DNA of 64,000 nucleotides, taken from positions 150-64,149 of the forward strand of contig SKMN01000012.1 in NCBI GenBank assembly GCA_007121015.1, in the 5' to 3' direction. Shown here one piece after another: positions 62,115-64,000 of the stretch. The stretch is from Coriobacteriia bacterium (lineage in GTDB: Bacteria; Actinomycetota; Coriobacteriia; Anaerosomatales; SLCP01). How positions within the stretch are numbered: the first letter of the stretch is position 1; every line of letters begins with the position of its first letter. A program made the translations under genes and the position numbers. Below the pieces are notes generated by a model. It saw nothing but the letters and a program-made list of their open reading frames with translations. It made no database searches and was not told where the DNA came from.

Positions 62115-63236
62115 ATGGAACCTGTGACCGGCATGCTGTGGGGGCTCACGACGTGGCGGGATGTCGCCATCTCGGTGGGGCTCGTGCTTGCTGCGGTGGT
62201 CGTCGGCATCGTGGTGCACGCGATCACGTATGCGATCCTCGGGAAGGTCGCCCCCAAGGCGCGTACGCCGTGGGCCGAGCGGGCCATACGGTATTCCCGC
62301 AAGCCCAACAGGCTCATCTTCCCGCTGCTCGTCATCAGCATCGTCGTGCCGTCGCTTCAGCTGCCTCCGCGCGCCGTGGGGATCATAGGACACCTCACGA
62401 GCTTGCTGTTCATAGCGGCCATCGCATACTTGTTCATCAGCCTCATACAGGTCCTTCGCGACCTGCTCCTCGCGGGCCACAAATTCGACACGACGGACAA
62501 TCTGGCCGCTCGCCAGGCCCACACACAGGTGCACGTGCTCGAGAAGGTGCTCTACGCGGTGGTCGTGGTGGCGACCGCCTCTTTCATGCTCATGACGTTC
62601 GATGGGGTCCGGCAGATCGGCGTGAGCATCCTCGCGTCGGCGGGTATCGCGGGCATCGTCCTTGGCTTTGCGGCACAGAAGACGCTCGGGACGCTCCTCG
62701 CCGGGATCCAGATCGCGATCACCCAGCCGATCCGTCTGGACGACGTGGTGATCGTCGAGGGCGAGTGGGGCTGGATCGAGGAACTCACACTGACCTACGT
62801 CGTGGTGCGCATCTGGGACCAGCGCAGGCTCGTGCTCCCCATCACCTACTTCATCGAGACGCCGTTCGAGAACTGGACGCGGCGATCCGCCCAGATCCTC
62901 GGGACGGTGTTCCTGTACCTGGACTACACCGTGCCGGTCGAGGCGATACGGCAGGAGCTGAACCGGCTCGTCGACGGCAACGATCTGTGGGATGGCCGGG
63001 TGGCCACCGTGCAGGTGACCGACGCGCGCTCCGATGCGCTCGAGGTCAGACTGCTAGTGAGTGCGTCCGACTCGGGAAAGGCATGGGAGCTGCGCTGCCT
63101 GCTGCGCGAGAAGATGATCGAGTTCGTCCAGCGAGAGTATCCGGAGAGCCTCCCGCGCGTCCGTGCACGGCTGGAGCGGGAAGAGGGCGGCGGCGGGCCC
63201 GCCGTGCAGATGGCATCCGAGGGCTACGAAGCCTGA
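62115..63236 (+). CDS. Mechanosensitive ion channel (MscS family)
   Basis: GIAGIVLGFAAQKTLGTLLAGIQIAITQPIRLDDVV and GWIEELTLTYVVVRIWDQRRLVLP (pore helix TM3 plus beta domain). Confidence 0.88.
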   Translation: MEPVTGMLWGLTTWRDVAISVGLVLAAVVVGIVVHAITYAILGKVAPKARTPWAERAIRYSRKPNRLIFPLLVISIVVPSLQLPPRAVGIIGHLTSLLFIAAIAYLFISLIQVLRDLLLAGHKFDTTDNLAARQAHTQVHVLEKVLYAVVVVATASFMLMTFDGVRQIGVSILASAGIAGIVLGFAAQKTLGTLLAGIQIAITQPIRLDDVVIVEGEWGWIEELTLTYVVVRIWDQRRLVLPITYFIETPFENWTRRSAQILGTVFLYLDYTVPVEAIRQELNRLVDGNDLWDGRVATVQVTDARSDALEVRLLVSASDSGKAWELRCLLREKMIEFVQREYPESLPRVRARLEREEGGGGPAVQMASEGYEA

Positions 63237-63937
63237 CCTCCCGCTTCGTTGCGGGCACATACCGACATCGTGTGCGCTCGCTGGAGCGGTTCGGGTACGC
63301 GATGACGCTCGCTCGACCACGCAAGGGCGAGCGCGATGGCGCCGTCCAGATCGATCCGGTGACCGGGCGACACGTAGACCGGTTTCACGCCTGACTTCAG
63401 GCGTATCGACGCACCCTCGGCGCCCCACTCCTTGGTGAGCACGTAGTAGTCGCCTCGCCGCAGACCTGGCTCGTGGTCGATGGCGTGGAACGGCGTCTTG
63501 GGCACACCGATGGCGGGGAGATCGAGCAGCACGCCGATGTGTGATGCGAGGCCGAGGCCGCGCTCGTGCACCACGCCGTGGCCGTCGAGGAATACGACGT
63601 CGGGCTCGACGTCGAGGCCGAGGAGTGCTTCCAGCGTGAGCCGACCCTCCCTGAAAGCGAGGTAGCCGGGAGCGTAGGGGCCGTCCGGCTCGCCGTGGAC
63701 GGCGTGAGAGGCGACCACCCGGAAGCGCTGGTCGAGAGCGACGGCCACGGCCCACGCGTGCGTGCCGTCCTTCGTATACGCGACGTCGACCCCGGCTGCG
63801 ATGTGCGGTTCGAACGGCTCGGTGGCGCGTGACGAGTGAAGTTCGACGTGAGCGGCGAGACGTCGTTGGATGTCAGCCGCCGCGGCGTGCGACACCCGCC
63901 AGGGGTGTGCGAGATCGGTACGTAGGCGTGGCGTCAT
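63224..63937 (-). CDS. nfi: Endonuclease V
   Basis: AAGVDVAY (catalytic Asp), PYAPGYLAFREG, LDGHGVVHERGLGLASHIG and IGVPK motifs. The start is ATG 63937; the ORF-track start is 63991. Confidence 0.88.
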   Translation of the reverse strand: MTPRLRTDLAHPWRVSHAAAADIQRRLAAHVELHSSRATEPFEPHIAAGVDVAYTKDGTHAWAVAVALDQRFRVVASHAVHGEPDGPYAPGYLAFREGRLTLEALLGLDVEPDVVFLDGHGVVHERGLGLASHIGVLLDLPAIGVPKTPFHAIDHEPGLRRGDYYVLTKEWGAEGASIRLKSGVKPVYVSPGHRIDLDGAIALALAWSSERHRVPEPLQRAHTMSVCARNEAGGQAS

Positions 63938-64000
63938 CGGCAGGGGTCCGCAGCGTTCAGGGCGGTGCAGATCGCCGTCGCTCGCTTCCACGGTTCGGCC

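Overview
High-GC (roughly 68-70 %) bacterial chromosome segment, densely coded on both strands. The gene order looks actinobacterial: dnaK-grpE-dnaJ-hspR followed by clpB and an hsp20. All calls rest on motif recognition in the supplied translations and on start, stop and RBS geometry read from the DNA. No database search was possible.

Gene content in order:
- Sortase substrate (3' part of the gene), a secreted HEXXH protein, a sortase, an epimerase, a UDG-like protein and a ferredoxin.
- The HspR heat-shock regulon.
- An XRE-nucleotidyltransferase fusion, then a hybrid histidine kinase with two stand-alone receiver proteins.
- An OFA-type MFS transporter, rtcB, and a flavin reductase with a DUF1858/hemerythrin/DUF438 protein.
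- metY-metX-metW behind a candidate SAM riboswitch, then rsgA and trkH.
- A MacB-type ABC exporter.
- An ECF sigma/anti-sigma pair divergent from a TlpA-like lipoprotein and ccdA.
- livJHMGF, a SagB-type nitroreductase, azlCD, a VOC protein, a cupredoxin and a DUF1540 protein.
- A NOX-like ferric-reductase flavocytochrome and a PQ-loop protein.
- A 10-gene Mrp-like cation/proton antiporter operon.
- gltS with ablA-ablB (N-epsilon-acetyl-beta-lysine synthesis), citrate synthase, mntP, an MscS channel and nfi.

No rRNA, tRNA, CRISPR array, transposase or integrase was recognised.

Most interesting observations:
1. The TlpA/ResA-like lipoprotein has an in-frame TGA exactly at the first Cys of the CxxC motif, and a SECIS-like hairpin begins 11 nt downstream. 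It is a candidate extracytoplasmic selenoprotein, paired with CcdA and an ECF sigma module.
2. The Mrp-like operon is enlarged. It has four tandem antiporter-like (NuoL/M/N-type) subunits, one of which carries a C-terminal helical extension of about 325 aa ending in a lone TM helix. No redox module lies nearby.
3. A mini-ORF beginning MMMEMMM sits between the candidate SAM aptamer and metY.
4. Several osmoadaptation functions cluster here: mrp, gltS, ablAB, trkH and mscS.
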